This document shows positions 12,565 to 25,671 of a DNA stretch of 64,000 nt, piece by piece (within the stretch, counting starts at the first letter, position 1; every line of letters starts with the position of its first letter). Source of the stretch: Chrysomallon squamiferum (taxonomy: Eukaryota; Animalia; Mollusca); assembly GCA_012295275.1 (NCBI GenBank), contig CM022671.1, positions 7,068,001 to 7,132,000 on the forward strand. The letters run 5' to 3'. A program made the position numbers and the translations under genes. A model generated the notes under the pieces. That model saw only the letters and a list, made by a program, of their open reading frames with translations, had not been told where the DNA came from and made no database searches.

Positions 12565-13460
12565 TAATATCTGGTTCCAATATCTAGACTTATACGTTAA
12601 CACTAGGGATGCAGTCTTCATGGTACAATTTTAATTTGTTTTTATTTTGATAGAAAAAAACCCCATTATTTACAGCAACACACACAACTCGCAGTCATTA
12701 TTTACTCGAATAACAAAAATGTCATATCTTGATTTGAATTTATTTCAGCTGATTTGACTTCTTTCAGTTTTAAACTGTTTTCATTGGCTTATTCCCTTTC
12801 AGGTCGAATTCCCAATCGGTCGAACTGCTAAATGTGGTTCAGTGGTCTTATTGACATGCATGTTTTTACCTCAGTCATTATAATGAACTCTTCAGATTAT
12901 TTGGAAACCGATTATTGTTGTATAGATGCAGTAAGATCTCGCTTAACGATATCCCGCTTTAATGATTTTGTTTGTTGGGGGGGGGGTATTGTTTTTTTTT
13001 TTTTACAAATAATATAATTTTGGGAAATCGACCAGATGGAAAGACACCGTTTTCATTCATGAATTTAATACAACATACCATACATTTTTTGTTCATATTT
13101 ACTTATCAGTAAATAATAATAAAAAAAAAAAAAAACAACAAACAAACAATAACTATAATAAATAAATACTTTTGGTAAATGAGTGGAACAGAAATAAAAA
13201 AAAATTAAATCCAGGAAATACCTAATGTCAGAACCATGCGATCGTTAACCGTCTTAGACATTGTTCTGTTACTGTTATATGAAGATGTATTATATGTGCA
13301 TCGAAAGATAATCAGTCCCAGATGTAAAAAAAAAAGAAGAAAAAAAAAAAACCACCACTTAAAAGTTTGAAGATATCTAAAATATTCACAAAGATATCGT
13401 ATTTCAAAGTTGTAAAAAATCCACACTCCGAATGTAGGTATTTTTAAAGTTAATAAAAAA

Positions 13461-13507
<47 letters not shown>

Positions 13508-14203
13508 ATATATAAAGTCAGCCTTAAGTCACAAAAATCTTAATTTCATGAGATATCTTTATCAAATTTGCACGGTCTGTTTAGTAAAGTGTTCGCTTTA
13601 TAATGACCTTAATAGAGGTAGATTTAACTGAAATAAATATGATTTTGGCCTGTTATAAATGACATATAAATGTGAGATCATTCCTGAGTAAGTGTTGTCG
13701 TTCGTGACTTGGTAAGTTTTCTGTTATTTTCATGTTTACTTCTGCAAATGACTATACAGAGTTGTTGTTCCTGAAGTGGTGTGCAGCATTTCACTTCCGC
13801 TTCATTTCAATTGGCTATTAAACAATACATGCGCAGATTTATTGTCAAATAAAAGGCAAAATGTGAAAGAAGATAGATCTAAATGTTCTATTTATACAAA
13901 CGATCGTATTCCTTTTTTACGATTTAATTTTTTTTTTTTTTTTAATCTATTTCAAAATTTCGTTTTTTTTTCAGATTTTCAGTTTTCAGACACCAGAAAT
14001 TCTCCTAACAAAATGGAGTGATATTTGATATCATTCTTGTTTCAAACATATAGTAAATTAGCATATTCTGATGTTCTGATTTCCGAAAAGGTAATAGAGG
14101 CCGTTAGCATTGCTACTAACAAATCATCACACGCAAGAGAAAGTTCTATCTTCGAAGACAAAGTTACACAAGATACAGAAAACAGATTCCAGCAATAGAA
14201 CAC

Positions 14204-16757
14204 GAAAACAGCAGTATAGCCACCAATGAAAACACATGCTTGGAAATCGGCAGTACAGCCACCAGTGATATTACGCCATGAACAAGATGGTGCAGCCACA
14301 AGTGAAAATATATCCCAGGAAAACAGCAGTATAGCCACCAGGGAAAACACATTCAAGTAACCTCGCAAATTGACCACTGAGGGAAACACACACTAAGAAC
14401 ACAGAATCAGTGATATTACATCATGAACAAGATGGTGCAGCCACAAGTGAAAACCTATCCCAGGAAAACAGCAGTATAGCCACCAGGGAAAACACAAGCA
14501 AGTAACCTGGCAAATTGACCACTGAGGGAAATACACACAAATAACACAGAATCAGTGATATTACATCATGAAAAGATGGTGCAGACACAAGTGAACACCT
14601 ATCCCAGGAAAACAGCAGTATAGCCACCAGGGAAAACACATTCAAGTAACCTCGCAAATTGACCACTGAGGGAAACCCACACTAAGAACACAGAATCAGT
14701 GATATTACATCATGAACAAGATGGTGCAGACAAGATGGTACAGAAAACCTATCCCAGGGAAAACAGCAGTATAGCCACCAGGGAAAACACATGCAAGTAA
14801 CCTCATAAATTGACCACTGAGGGAAACCCACACTAAGAACACAGAATCAGTGATATTACATCATGAACAAGATGGTGCAGACAAGATGGTCCAGAAAAAC
14901 CTATCCCAGGAAAACAGCAGTATAGCCACCAGGGAAAACACATGCAAGTAACCTCATAAATTGACCACTGAGGGAAACCCACACTAAGAACACAGAATCA
15001 GTGATATTACATCATGAACAAGATGGTGCAGACAAGATGGTACAGAAAACCTATCCCAGGAAAACAGCAGTATAGCCACCAGGGAAAACACATGCAAGTA
15101 ACCTCGAAAATTGACCACTGAGGGAAACCCACACTAAGAACACAGAATCAGTGATATTACATCATGAACAAGATGGTACAGAAAACCTATCCCAGGAAAA
15201 CAGCAGTATAGCCACCAGGGAAAACACATGCAAGTAACCCTCATAAAATTGACCACTGAGGGAAACCCACACTAAGAACACAGAATCAGTGATATTACAT
15301 CATGAACAAGATGGTGCAGACAAGATGGTACAGAAAACCTATCCCAGGAAAACAGCAGTATAGCCACCAGGGAAAACACATGCAAGTAACCTCGCAAATT
15401 GACCACTGAGGGAAACCCACACTAAGAACACAGAATCAGTGATATTACATCATGAACAAGATGGTGCAGACAAGATGGTACAGAAAACCTATCCCAGGAA
15501 AACAGCAGTATAGCCACCAGGGAAAACACATGCAAGTAACCTCGCAAATTGACCACTGAGGGAAACCCACACTAAGAACACAGAATCAGTGATATTACAT
15601 CATGAACAAGATGGTGCAGACAAGATGGTACAGAAAACCTATCCCAGGAAAACAGCAGTATAGCCACCAGGGAAAACACATGCAAGTAACCTCGCAAATT
15701 GACCACTGAGGGAAACCCACACTAAGAACACAGAATCAGTGATATTACATCATGAACAAGATGGTGCAGACAAGATGGTACAGAAAACCTATCCCAGGAA
15801 AACAGCAGTATAGCCACCAGGGAAAACACATGCAAGTAAACCTCAAGAATTGACCACTGAGGGAAACCCACACTAAGAACACAGAATCAGTGATATTACA
15901 TCATGAACAAGATGGTGCAGACAAGATGGTACAGAAAACCTATCCCAGGAAAACAGCAGTATAGCCACCAGGGAAAACACATGCAAGTAACCTCGCAAAT
16001 TGACCACTGAGGGAAACCCACACTAAGAACACAGAATCAGTGATATTACATCATGAACAAGATGGTACAGAAAACCTATCCCAGGAAAACAGCAGTATAG
16101 CCACCAGGGAAAACACATGCAAGTAACCTCGCAAATTGACCACTGAGGGAAACCCACACTAAGAACACAGAATCAGTGATATTACATCATGAACAAGATG
16201 GTGCAGACAAGATGGTACAGAAAACCTATCCCAGGAAAACAGCAGTATAGCCACCAGGGAAAACACATGCAAGTAACCTCGCAAATTGACCACTGAGGGA
16301 AACCCACACTAAGAACACAGAATCAGTGATATTACATCATGAACAAGATGGTGCAACAAGATGGTACAGAAAACCTATCCCAGGAAAACAGCAGTATAGC
16401 CATCAGGGAAAACACATGCAAGTAACCTCGCAAATTGACCACTGAGGGAAACCCACACTAAGAACACAGAATCAGTGATATTACATCATGAACAAGATGG
16501 TGCAGACAAGATGGTACAGAAAAACCTATCCCAGGAAAACAGCAGTATAGCCACCAGGGAAAACACATGCAAGTAACCTCATAAAATTGACCACTGAGGG
16601 AAACCCACACTAAGAACACAGAATCAGTGATATTACATCATGAACAAGATGGTACAGAAAACCTATCCCAGGAAAACAGCAGTATAGCCACCAGGGAAAA
16701 CACATGCAAGTAACCTCGCAAATTGACCACTGAGGGAAACACACACAAATAACACAG
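14204..16757. repeat. Minisatellite array, ~150-bp unit x ~17
   Basis: CATGAACAAGATGGTGCAGACAAGATGGTACAGAAAACC... recurs at 15301, 15451, 15601, 15751. First units are ~145 bp. Some units lack a 14-nt internal duplication (~136 bp). No unique spacers. Confidence 0.97.
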
Positions 16758-19379
16758 CAATCAACTGTCAGTGCAAAGACATTCAAGTAATATGGCACTG
16801 AAACATCAAAGGAAACACACACTAAGAACACAGCTCTACAATCATCAGAGGAAATAAATGACAAGAATACATCAGGGAAGACCTATTCAGTGAGACCAAC
16901 AGAACAACAAGTAATCACAAGATGAAGTTAGCACGATCAGAAAGTTATTAAAAGCTTGTTATTGGACTTCATAAGAAAACAATATGACTAAAAACATTAC
17001 TATATACAAGTAATCTACATTCACTGTGTACTTTATATCTGCATCATCTTTATTAATTCTCTCTTCAAAATTTCTGTGATTCATAATGCCAAATAGATGA
17101 AACATTAATTAAATTGTTTAAACAAACATGTTACAGGAAACAGCTTGTGTTGCAGAAATATTTAGGCATGAAATTATGTTCACATACAAAACTGACATAA
17201 AATTTTTAACAAGTGATCAGTGTTATTGTCATTTCTTCAAAGTGTGTGTGTGGGGGTAAATTATGTTTTAATTTCTCTAAATTTCATGATAAAGAATAAT
17301 GCCTGCTTGACAGTAAAGTATTAATATTAATAATATAAATTTATAAATTAAAATTGAAACACAAATGACAAATGAGTTGATAGAAGTTTTTATCGCTTAT
17401 AAAAACATGGTATTGAAGATATTCAGTAAAATGTAATTTGATGTATAAATACACTATATGCACACACGCAAACGCACAAACACACACATAAACCATCATT
17501 AGTAATCCTCTGGTGTGACACAACCCACATATATTTATACAAATCAAGAAGATGCTGACTTCAACGGAACCACTTCCTCGAATCAAATTTTAAGTTTAAA
17601 TGTAAATCTGAGTTATGTTTTTGTGACAGAATTCAAATTAAATTAACAAAAATTTAAACAAAGATTAAACTGAAATGCTGATCTGAAAAATTTAGTCATG
17701 ATTCATATATCTTAATAATAAAAGTTACGTGGCTGGGTTTTGATGGACGTCACAATTTTGCATGTACACATCTCTTGAAGGAAAACAAAAAGTCATTATT
17801 TTAATTTTAAAAGGAAAATCATCAATAAACATGCAGCAAAAAGACCTCAGAAAAAAAAAAAAAAAAAAAAATTCTAATATCCCAACCCTATCTGAGCCAT
17901 CCCCCAATCTGAAAAATGTTCCAAGCATTCTGCACGTTAGTGATGAATCTGAAGAAAGATATTTAGATAAATTTGATTAATTACCATTTTCAAATACCTG
18001 TCCACACCCTGTATATACTTAATGAAAAAAGCCACTTGACACACAAAATTTTACAGCTTGCATTTTATTGTCAAGATCCACAAAATTAACACATCTTTGT
18101 TAAAATAGATAACATACACAGTAGAGCATACATTAAGCTATATAAAACATGAAGACCCTTTTTTTTTTTTTTAACATATTCAGTAAAACATATCCTATCT
18201 GGTTGCATAACAAAATTTCATTCATGTTTTATAATGTGCAAACAATGTCACACATAACAATTTGAACAAAAACTGCGTTGACTAACTGATTTAACAATAT
18301 TTGTCTCTAACAATTTGTTGCCTTTATTTTTAGAAAGAGAAAGAGAGACATCGAAAGTGACATAACTCTAATAAAGATATATTTTCCTAATTCTGATTGG
18401 TTAAATGTTTACTACACATGTGACAAATGAAATGTGCATGCATCAATATCCAGTGATGCTGTCACAATTTTGGTGTTTTAACAGTTTATTTGAAGTGTAA
18501 GAGACGAAATTGGTAAAATTTCAAGACTCGATTAAAATCGTTGCAAAATGAAAGACTTGTCTATCAAAAATGTAATGAAAACATTTCAAACATTTTTCTC
18601 TATCACAGTTTTAATACATCATTTAAGTGAATTGCAGTGAGTTACAGTCACAGTTATCTGAAGAGATGATAAAAGTATAATTACAACATGAATTGATTCA
18701 AAAAGGTATTAATTTGTACATAAAATAAAAACAAGTTTTAAAGGTTATTTTTATTTTGCCATATATATATATAAATACAGTTAGATGATTTTTTATTAGA
18801 AGTCTATAATCAAAAAATTTCAACATTGGTTTTTAATTATGTTCTGATAATACAATTCAGTCCAAATCATAAAATGATAATTTGCTGTCTGACATTTAAA
18901 GTACAAAGTCAAAACCAAAAAAATTGTATTTCAAGTCTAAATCTTGGTGTTAAACAGTAGTTCAGTCTGGTGCTTATTTGCATAAGCAAACATCATATTA
19001 AATCACAGGCATAAAAATAATTAAGAAAGAAAATAAATAAATAAATAAATAAATATATTCCTACACTGGTTTTTAATTAGTTTGCAATTAAGCCAAAATA
19101 TCAATGTGTAAAATAATAGTTTCTTATTTGTGTCTACAAATATCACATTGAATCAGACAGGAAATAAATGAATAAATAAATAAAATAAAAATATTAAAAT
19201 AAAAATAATAATAAAATAAAATATTCCAACACTGGTTTTTGTCTTAAGTTAAAATCATAAGATGACTGAATTTCAAGTGATTATTAACGTTTGAAAATCT
19301 GTTTTAAGTGAAATATTTAAATAACATCAGAGTGAAGAATTATTTTTAATTTTTAGTCTATAAGTCTATGCTTAACACA

Positions 19380-20660
19380 AGATGATAAAATTTTATCATC
19401 AAGTTTTATCTGCAACTGACAAATATCATGTTAAGAAAACATTATTGTCAACAACAGTCTGTAAAAAGAAAATCAGGATACCACATAATAATGGTTTCAA
19501 AACTGTTTTCTTATCTATAGTTTGTGAAATTCAAATGAAGATATCACAAAATGACAGTTTCAAAATTGATTTCTTAACTGGAATTTATCAAATCAAAATC
19601 AAGCTACAACAAAATAATAGTTTGAAGCATGATTTTAACTACAGTGAATATAAAAACATGGTATGGTTTCATCACATAATGAAAGTTTTTCAAAGCTGAT
19701 TTTATTCTGTAATTAAATCTAATTCATAAAATGGAAAACATATGTGGCTAATATTTAACTATTGAGTATAAAAATGAAATCATGACATCTCAAAATAAAC
19801 TCTTATAACTGATTCAGAAAATAGTCTGTAATTATGTAATCCAAGTAAGAAAAATAAAAAGTTCATTGCTGATATTTAACTAGTTTAAAACAATAAAAGT
19901 ATTGAGATCGATTTTTAAATCCACAGTCTGAAAAAAATATCAAAAAGTAATGAAGTCTCAAGCTTGATTTTTAATCATTTAAATACTTTATCAAATTTCA
20001 TTATGACATTTTTTCAAGACTGTGTATAATTTACAGCTTATAATTAAATCAAAAGAAAAACTGATTGGCTTTTTACATCAGAGTCTGAAAAAGCAAAATC
20101 ATCAACAAAATATAATATAGTATCAAACTGATTTTTATTCATATAATGACATTTTTTCTTGACTGTTTTTTAGCTCATAATTAAATCAGATGCACAACAT
20201 GATATAATTCTGACAGACATTTTTGAATTATAGAGTAAACAACAACAAATGAAGTCATCAAAAAGTAATAAAATTTCAAGCCTGAAATTTGATCTTTTGA
20301 ATAGCACAAAATGTCTCTTCATTGTCATTTTCTCAAGACTGATTACTAACAGTTATTACAAGGAACCCACAAAATGATATAGGTTGAGAGTGATTTTTAA
20401 ACCATAGTCTTAAAAAAAACAATTAAATCGAAGCCACAAAAAGAAACATCAAGACTTGACAATCACCTTTTATCAAAACTGATTTTTAAAGACATCTTAT
20501 AATTACATTGTATCTATGAAATAAAATATCACGACATATTAACGATATTTTTTAAAGTACTGATTTTTTATATCATATATCTTGTAATTAAATCAAAGCC
20601 ACAAATGAAAATATCAAGACTTGTTAACGACATTTTTTTTTTTTAAGACTGATTCTTATT
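19380..20660. repeat. Highly degenerate tandem repeat downstream of the NEMO/OPTN stop (probable 3' UTR)
   Basis: Recurrent motifs (A/G)ACTGATTTTT, TAATTAAATC and TTTCAAGACTG at irregular ~60-130-bp spacing. Confidence 0.4.
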
Positions 20661-20694
20661 TTTATCCACAAAGCTGAAAAACGTCAGAAAATGT

Positions 20695-21839
20695 TCATGC
20701 CCTGGCCTCATAATTGTCCACGCATTCGACCACGTGTATCTGCAGTGTGTCCATGTCAGGAAGCTGCATGCCACACTGAGGACAACGAAAGTGTTCCTCT
20801 TCTTCGTGTTGTGTTGGCTCGTCGCCATTTTGGTAGGCCATGGGGTTCTGGTAGTGACCAGGAGACATTGGAGGAATTTGTGGTTGAACAGGATTCTGAA
20901 ACATCAGTGACTAGAAACATCACAAACAGATATAAAATAAAAATAAAAATAAAAATACATGATCTGATTAATCATTATTTTATGACTTTTAGTTCTAGAG
21001 GTTAAAACAGAGGTTAAAAATATAATAATGTGACATTTATATATTTTAGATGTTTGTTTTTGTTTTCAATGCATTTTAGTAATGCAGTGATTCAAATATG
21101 GGTTGGTATCAGAATCAGATGCTAAAGCATTTCATGGCTTGTCGAGAGTGATTATTTCAAGACTATGATAATTTAAACACTATGAAGTTGATAAATGAAT
21201 AAAAATATGTTTGGACACTTTAAAACACTTTAATATTAATTAACAGTTATCAAAAATATATATATTTATTTTTTCATGCTATAACATAAGAGAGAAAACT
21301 CGCTGCCAGGTTATTCTTACTTTTCATAGATAGAAAAACACATCTTGATAAATTTACAACAGAGCTATGATTAGACTGAGAAACAGTGCACTGAGTAGAA
21401 CCTTGATCCTACAAGTAATCATGCTTTAGGCCAACTGCAAGGTAATAACATTTTTCAAAACACAACTAACCTGGAATGGATAAGGTGGCTGTTGCCCAGT
21501 AACACCTCCTACAGCTCCTTGATCAGGAGGTCTGAATGCTGGAGGTGGGTTTCCAGGTGAGGCAGGACCTGGGTAGTTCTGTTGTCGATGAGGGCCTGGT
21601 GATTGGATCATCACGTATTGGTCATTCCCCTGACAGCCTCGCTGCATGTCCACCACCTGTCGCCGTGACAACAACTCCAGCTCGTCCATCAGACGCTGGT
21701 TGTTCACTTGGAGTTCCTGCATCTCCTGCAGTATCTGCTCTTTCTCTGAAACCTGGCGCTCTCTTGCCTGCCTCTCAGCATCAAAGTCTATTTTGTACAC
21801 CTCAGCCTGCACACAGAAAAACACAGTGTAACAATTATG

Positions 21840-21871
<32 letters not shown>

Positions 21872-24800
21872 CAACAGAGATCCAATCACAATATTATTAT
21901 ATACTGTATTACATCTGATACTGTAACCATGCTATCACCATCACTGTGACTGTTACTTCCAGAAAGAATACTACTGTTATAGCATTACTGCTGCTAGTGT
22001 TGTAACCCAAACCACAACAACATCCATCGTTACTACAACCACCAGCGCTACAAGTGCTATCCATGTCAGGAACTTGCTAACATTCTTTTAATATTTCAAT
22101 CATTTAATTAATTATATATTTTTAAATATTTTTCTATGTGGGTACATTCTAATACTAAGGGCTTTCACATCTTTAACATATGGGTTTCTTTTTACCCATT
22201 CGCAACAACAAAACAAGACAATAACATAACTATTCACAGAGGCTGTCACTTATCTTTGCGTCCTGGACGTCATTAATACTGTTACATAAAATAAAAACAA
22301 TATATCGAGAAACTTACCTGAGCTTTGTAGACACACTCCATTTCCTGGAACTCGTCTATCAGTCTCCGTTTTTCAGCATTAAGGTTGTTAATCTGCTCCT
22401 GAGTGGCTCGGATCGTTTCCTCTCGCGGCGATCACCTGCGCACTAAGCTCATTCAGACGTTCACTGTTGGCGTTCCTCTTCGATTCATCCTGTTTAGAAA
22501 AGTAACAAACCAATGTTTAATTAACAAATCAATAACATTAATGTTCATTAGGATGGTGTCAGATGACATGGAAGAGGAATCTCATAGCTGCTGCTCTGTT
22601 CCTAAAACTACTCTGACAATTAATATTGTCAGACAGCAATGGGTGGAACGGGAAAAAGACCAAATTAACTTGACTCTGGTGTTAAATGTACTGGAATACT
22701 ACATATTACATTTAATTTGTTCTCTTGCAAACCATACCAGAATATTACTACCGATTAGCTCTATATAAAGTAACCTTAATTTTTTTTTTTTTTTTTAAAT
22801 TATTATTATTTTGGATTTCTGGATACAAAAAAACACCAACTGCAGGTCAGCGTAGCCTCATTAGAATTGAGCATTCTCTCTTTCATACAATAAAGCTGAT
22901 TTCTTTAGACAGTAACCAAATTATTCTACACACCCAAAAACACACTTATAAATGACTAATTGTGAAACACATATAATAGATACCCGTTTATACTGTTCAA
23001 AAGTGTCCAATAGCTCTTTGTAATCATCAACAAGCTGATTAAATGATTTCTGTAATTCCTGTGAACGTTCTCTGAAAGTGAAAAAAAAAAAAAAATGGAA
23101 GTTAATCAATATCTACTATTGTAATATCTTGTGACATCAGAATTAAATTTCAGTATTAATGACTTGATTTTTTTCTGCAAACAAATCCTTACTTTTGTTT
23201 CTACTGTAATCGTGTTTCATAGTATTTTTTGTTTTACTCAGATGTCAAATTTTTTCATTTTGTAATTTTTCAGTGATTAATCTAAAACAAAATGAGGTCT
23301 GACACTGTAAACCTTTTAATTTTTCAGTTAATAATTTCAAATCAAACAATGATTGTTAAACCTGATGCAGAGTTACATTACAAAAAAAAAAAAAAAAAAA
23401 TTAAATTAGCTTTTATCAGTGATTATTATACCAAATTAAAAGTGTGACAACAAATTGTTTATAATAAAGATTTTAGAATATTCTCAAATGCTGCTATAAA
23501 TAATAACAGTAAAAATAACAGCATCAATAATAATAAAATAATAATAGTAATAATAATAATAATAAATAATAATAATAAATAATAATAGTAATAATAGTAA
23601 ACATAAAAATGAGGATAATGATAATACTTAGTTTTTTGATGTTCAATTCGTTCCTGATCCCAGTTCTTTTTATAGCATTTTAGATGTTGAATAACATTTT
23701 GTGATTCTCTGCTTTGGTTATTCATCTCCTCTAAAAGATGCTGATTCTTCATTTCTGCTTCCTTGACTCTGCAAATTAACAAGTAAGAATAGAAAAACTG
23801 AAAGTTGTCAACATGCCGAATTATCTGCACGTTTCAATACACAGTATATAACAGATGAAGATGATGAACCACATTTCAAGAATGAAGTGGCTGCATTCTT
23901 GAATTTATAGATTTTTTTTCTAAACAGTTTACAGATACTGAAAAATGAATAAACAAACCAAAAAAAAAAAAAAAAATTTGTTTTTAATTGTTATGTATGG
24001 CTTTGTGATGGTGTCAAAACTCTTGTTAATATAACAAGCTGCAAACAACAAAATGAATGCAAGTTTATTTTTGTTTGAAGATATGCATAATCCAGTCCAT
24101 CAGTAATGTAATTCTTATTTGAAATTCTGAATAGTTAATTAAAATGTGTACTGCAACTCATTTACTGTATTGTGTTTCTAACCTCTGATCTTTTCTGTAC
24201 AGAACCTTTGTGACTGCAAAGCAAAAACTTTACATTTCTAACCTTTTACCTTTCTTTTATAGAGCATTTTGATAGCTAAATAAAAACTTTATAACCTCTG
24301 ATTTAGCTATGAAGTAAGAACTATAGTATAAACAATCTATTACCATTACATTTCTTACCTTTTATCTTTTGTTTTCAGAGCATTCGTGGCTGCTAAGAAT
24401 ATTTTTAAACTACAACTAACCTTTGATCTTTCTTTTCCAGAGCACTTGTGGCTGCTTCCAGCTTGACCTGTGTTTCGTGTACCTCACTAATGAGAGTGAG
24501 AACTTGAGACCGCAGAGACTGAACATCATTGTCATGAGAAGAAGCCACTGACTGAAGCTACAGATATAAAAAAAAAAAAAAAAACAGGTAACTATTTGAC
24601 ATGCGTTCATGTTTACGTCAAAGAGTTTAACAGATTGAGGTGTTTTAGGAAGCCATGAAACCACTGACTGCAGATGCAGAAACAGAAATAACATTTGTAG
24701 ATATTCATAATAATGTTTAGTTTTCATTGAAAGTCTTGGATAGACTGGATGTGGTTGTCATTTTGGGAAGCCAGGAAACTACTGATTCAAGGTTGAAATA

Positions 24801-25148
24801 CGAGTAATTTTAATAATCCAAAATTTACATTTAGTTTTATTTCAAAGAATTTGATAAAACTGGACACACATGCACACATTATGGGAACATATGATATAAT
24901 ATGTGTGTGTTGTGTCTGTGTATGCATGACTATTGCCTGTCTTCTGTTTGTTTCTTGTCCAAGAATGCACGTAATAACCTGCTGTTGCTTTTCTGTATCA
25001 TGTTGCCTGATAAATTCCATCATTTTCTGGTCATGTTCTTTATTCAACTTGGCAATTTCCATCTCAAATGTTTGTTGTAAATTTGCATTTTCCTGTCTAC
25101 AATGACTCAGCATTTCAGCAGCCTGTTTTTCCTGAAGAAGTAAATAAG

Positions 25149-25179
<31 letters not shown>

Positions 25180-25636
25180 AAATTAATGAAATAATTTAGT
25201 AAAGTAAATAATTTTGCTTCAGAATATTCATTTGTTAAACAGACATTAATCAAAAATATTATTCTGTATATTATTACTTTTAAAGTATGAATGAGGAAGT
25301 TTCTTTTCTTTTCTTTCTTTTTAATGGTACTATTATTTTAAACTACTACTATTACCACTAAGCAATACTTCATCATTATGTTCTTAGATAAATGTTTTTA
25401 CAACAACCGTGTGTTAAATATTATCCTAATTGCTTTTCCAAACCACACAGGTATAGGTGAAATCTGGTAAAATTATTCTTGCATTAATTAACATCCAGTT
25501 AATTCATTCCACAACATACATATGTAGAATTTTTATTATTATTATTATTGTTCATTTTTATTAATTTTTTTTTTTTTTTGCTAATTCCAATCCACAACAT
25601 AGATATGTAGACATTTTTTTATTATTATCATTATAC

Positions 25637-25671
<35 letters not shown>

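Noticed and set aside
12283-12621. 112-aa minus-strand ORF
   Set aside because: Lies mostly inside the 300-bp MITE; no transposase motifs.
14204-16757. CRISPR-like array
   Set aside because: Units are near-identical end to end with no unique spacers, there are no cas genes, and the context is eukaryotic.
14042-16864. Hydrophobic minus-strand ORFs in the satellite (14042-14389, 14421-14666, 16610-16864)
   Set aside because: Antisense shadows of an A/C-rich repeat; interrupted in most units.
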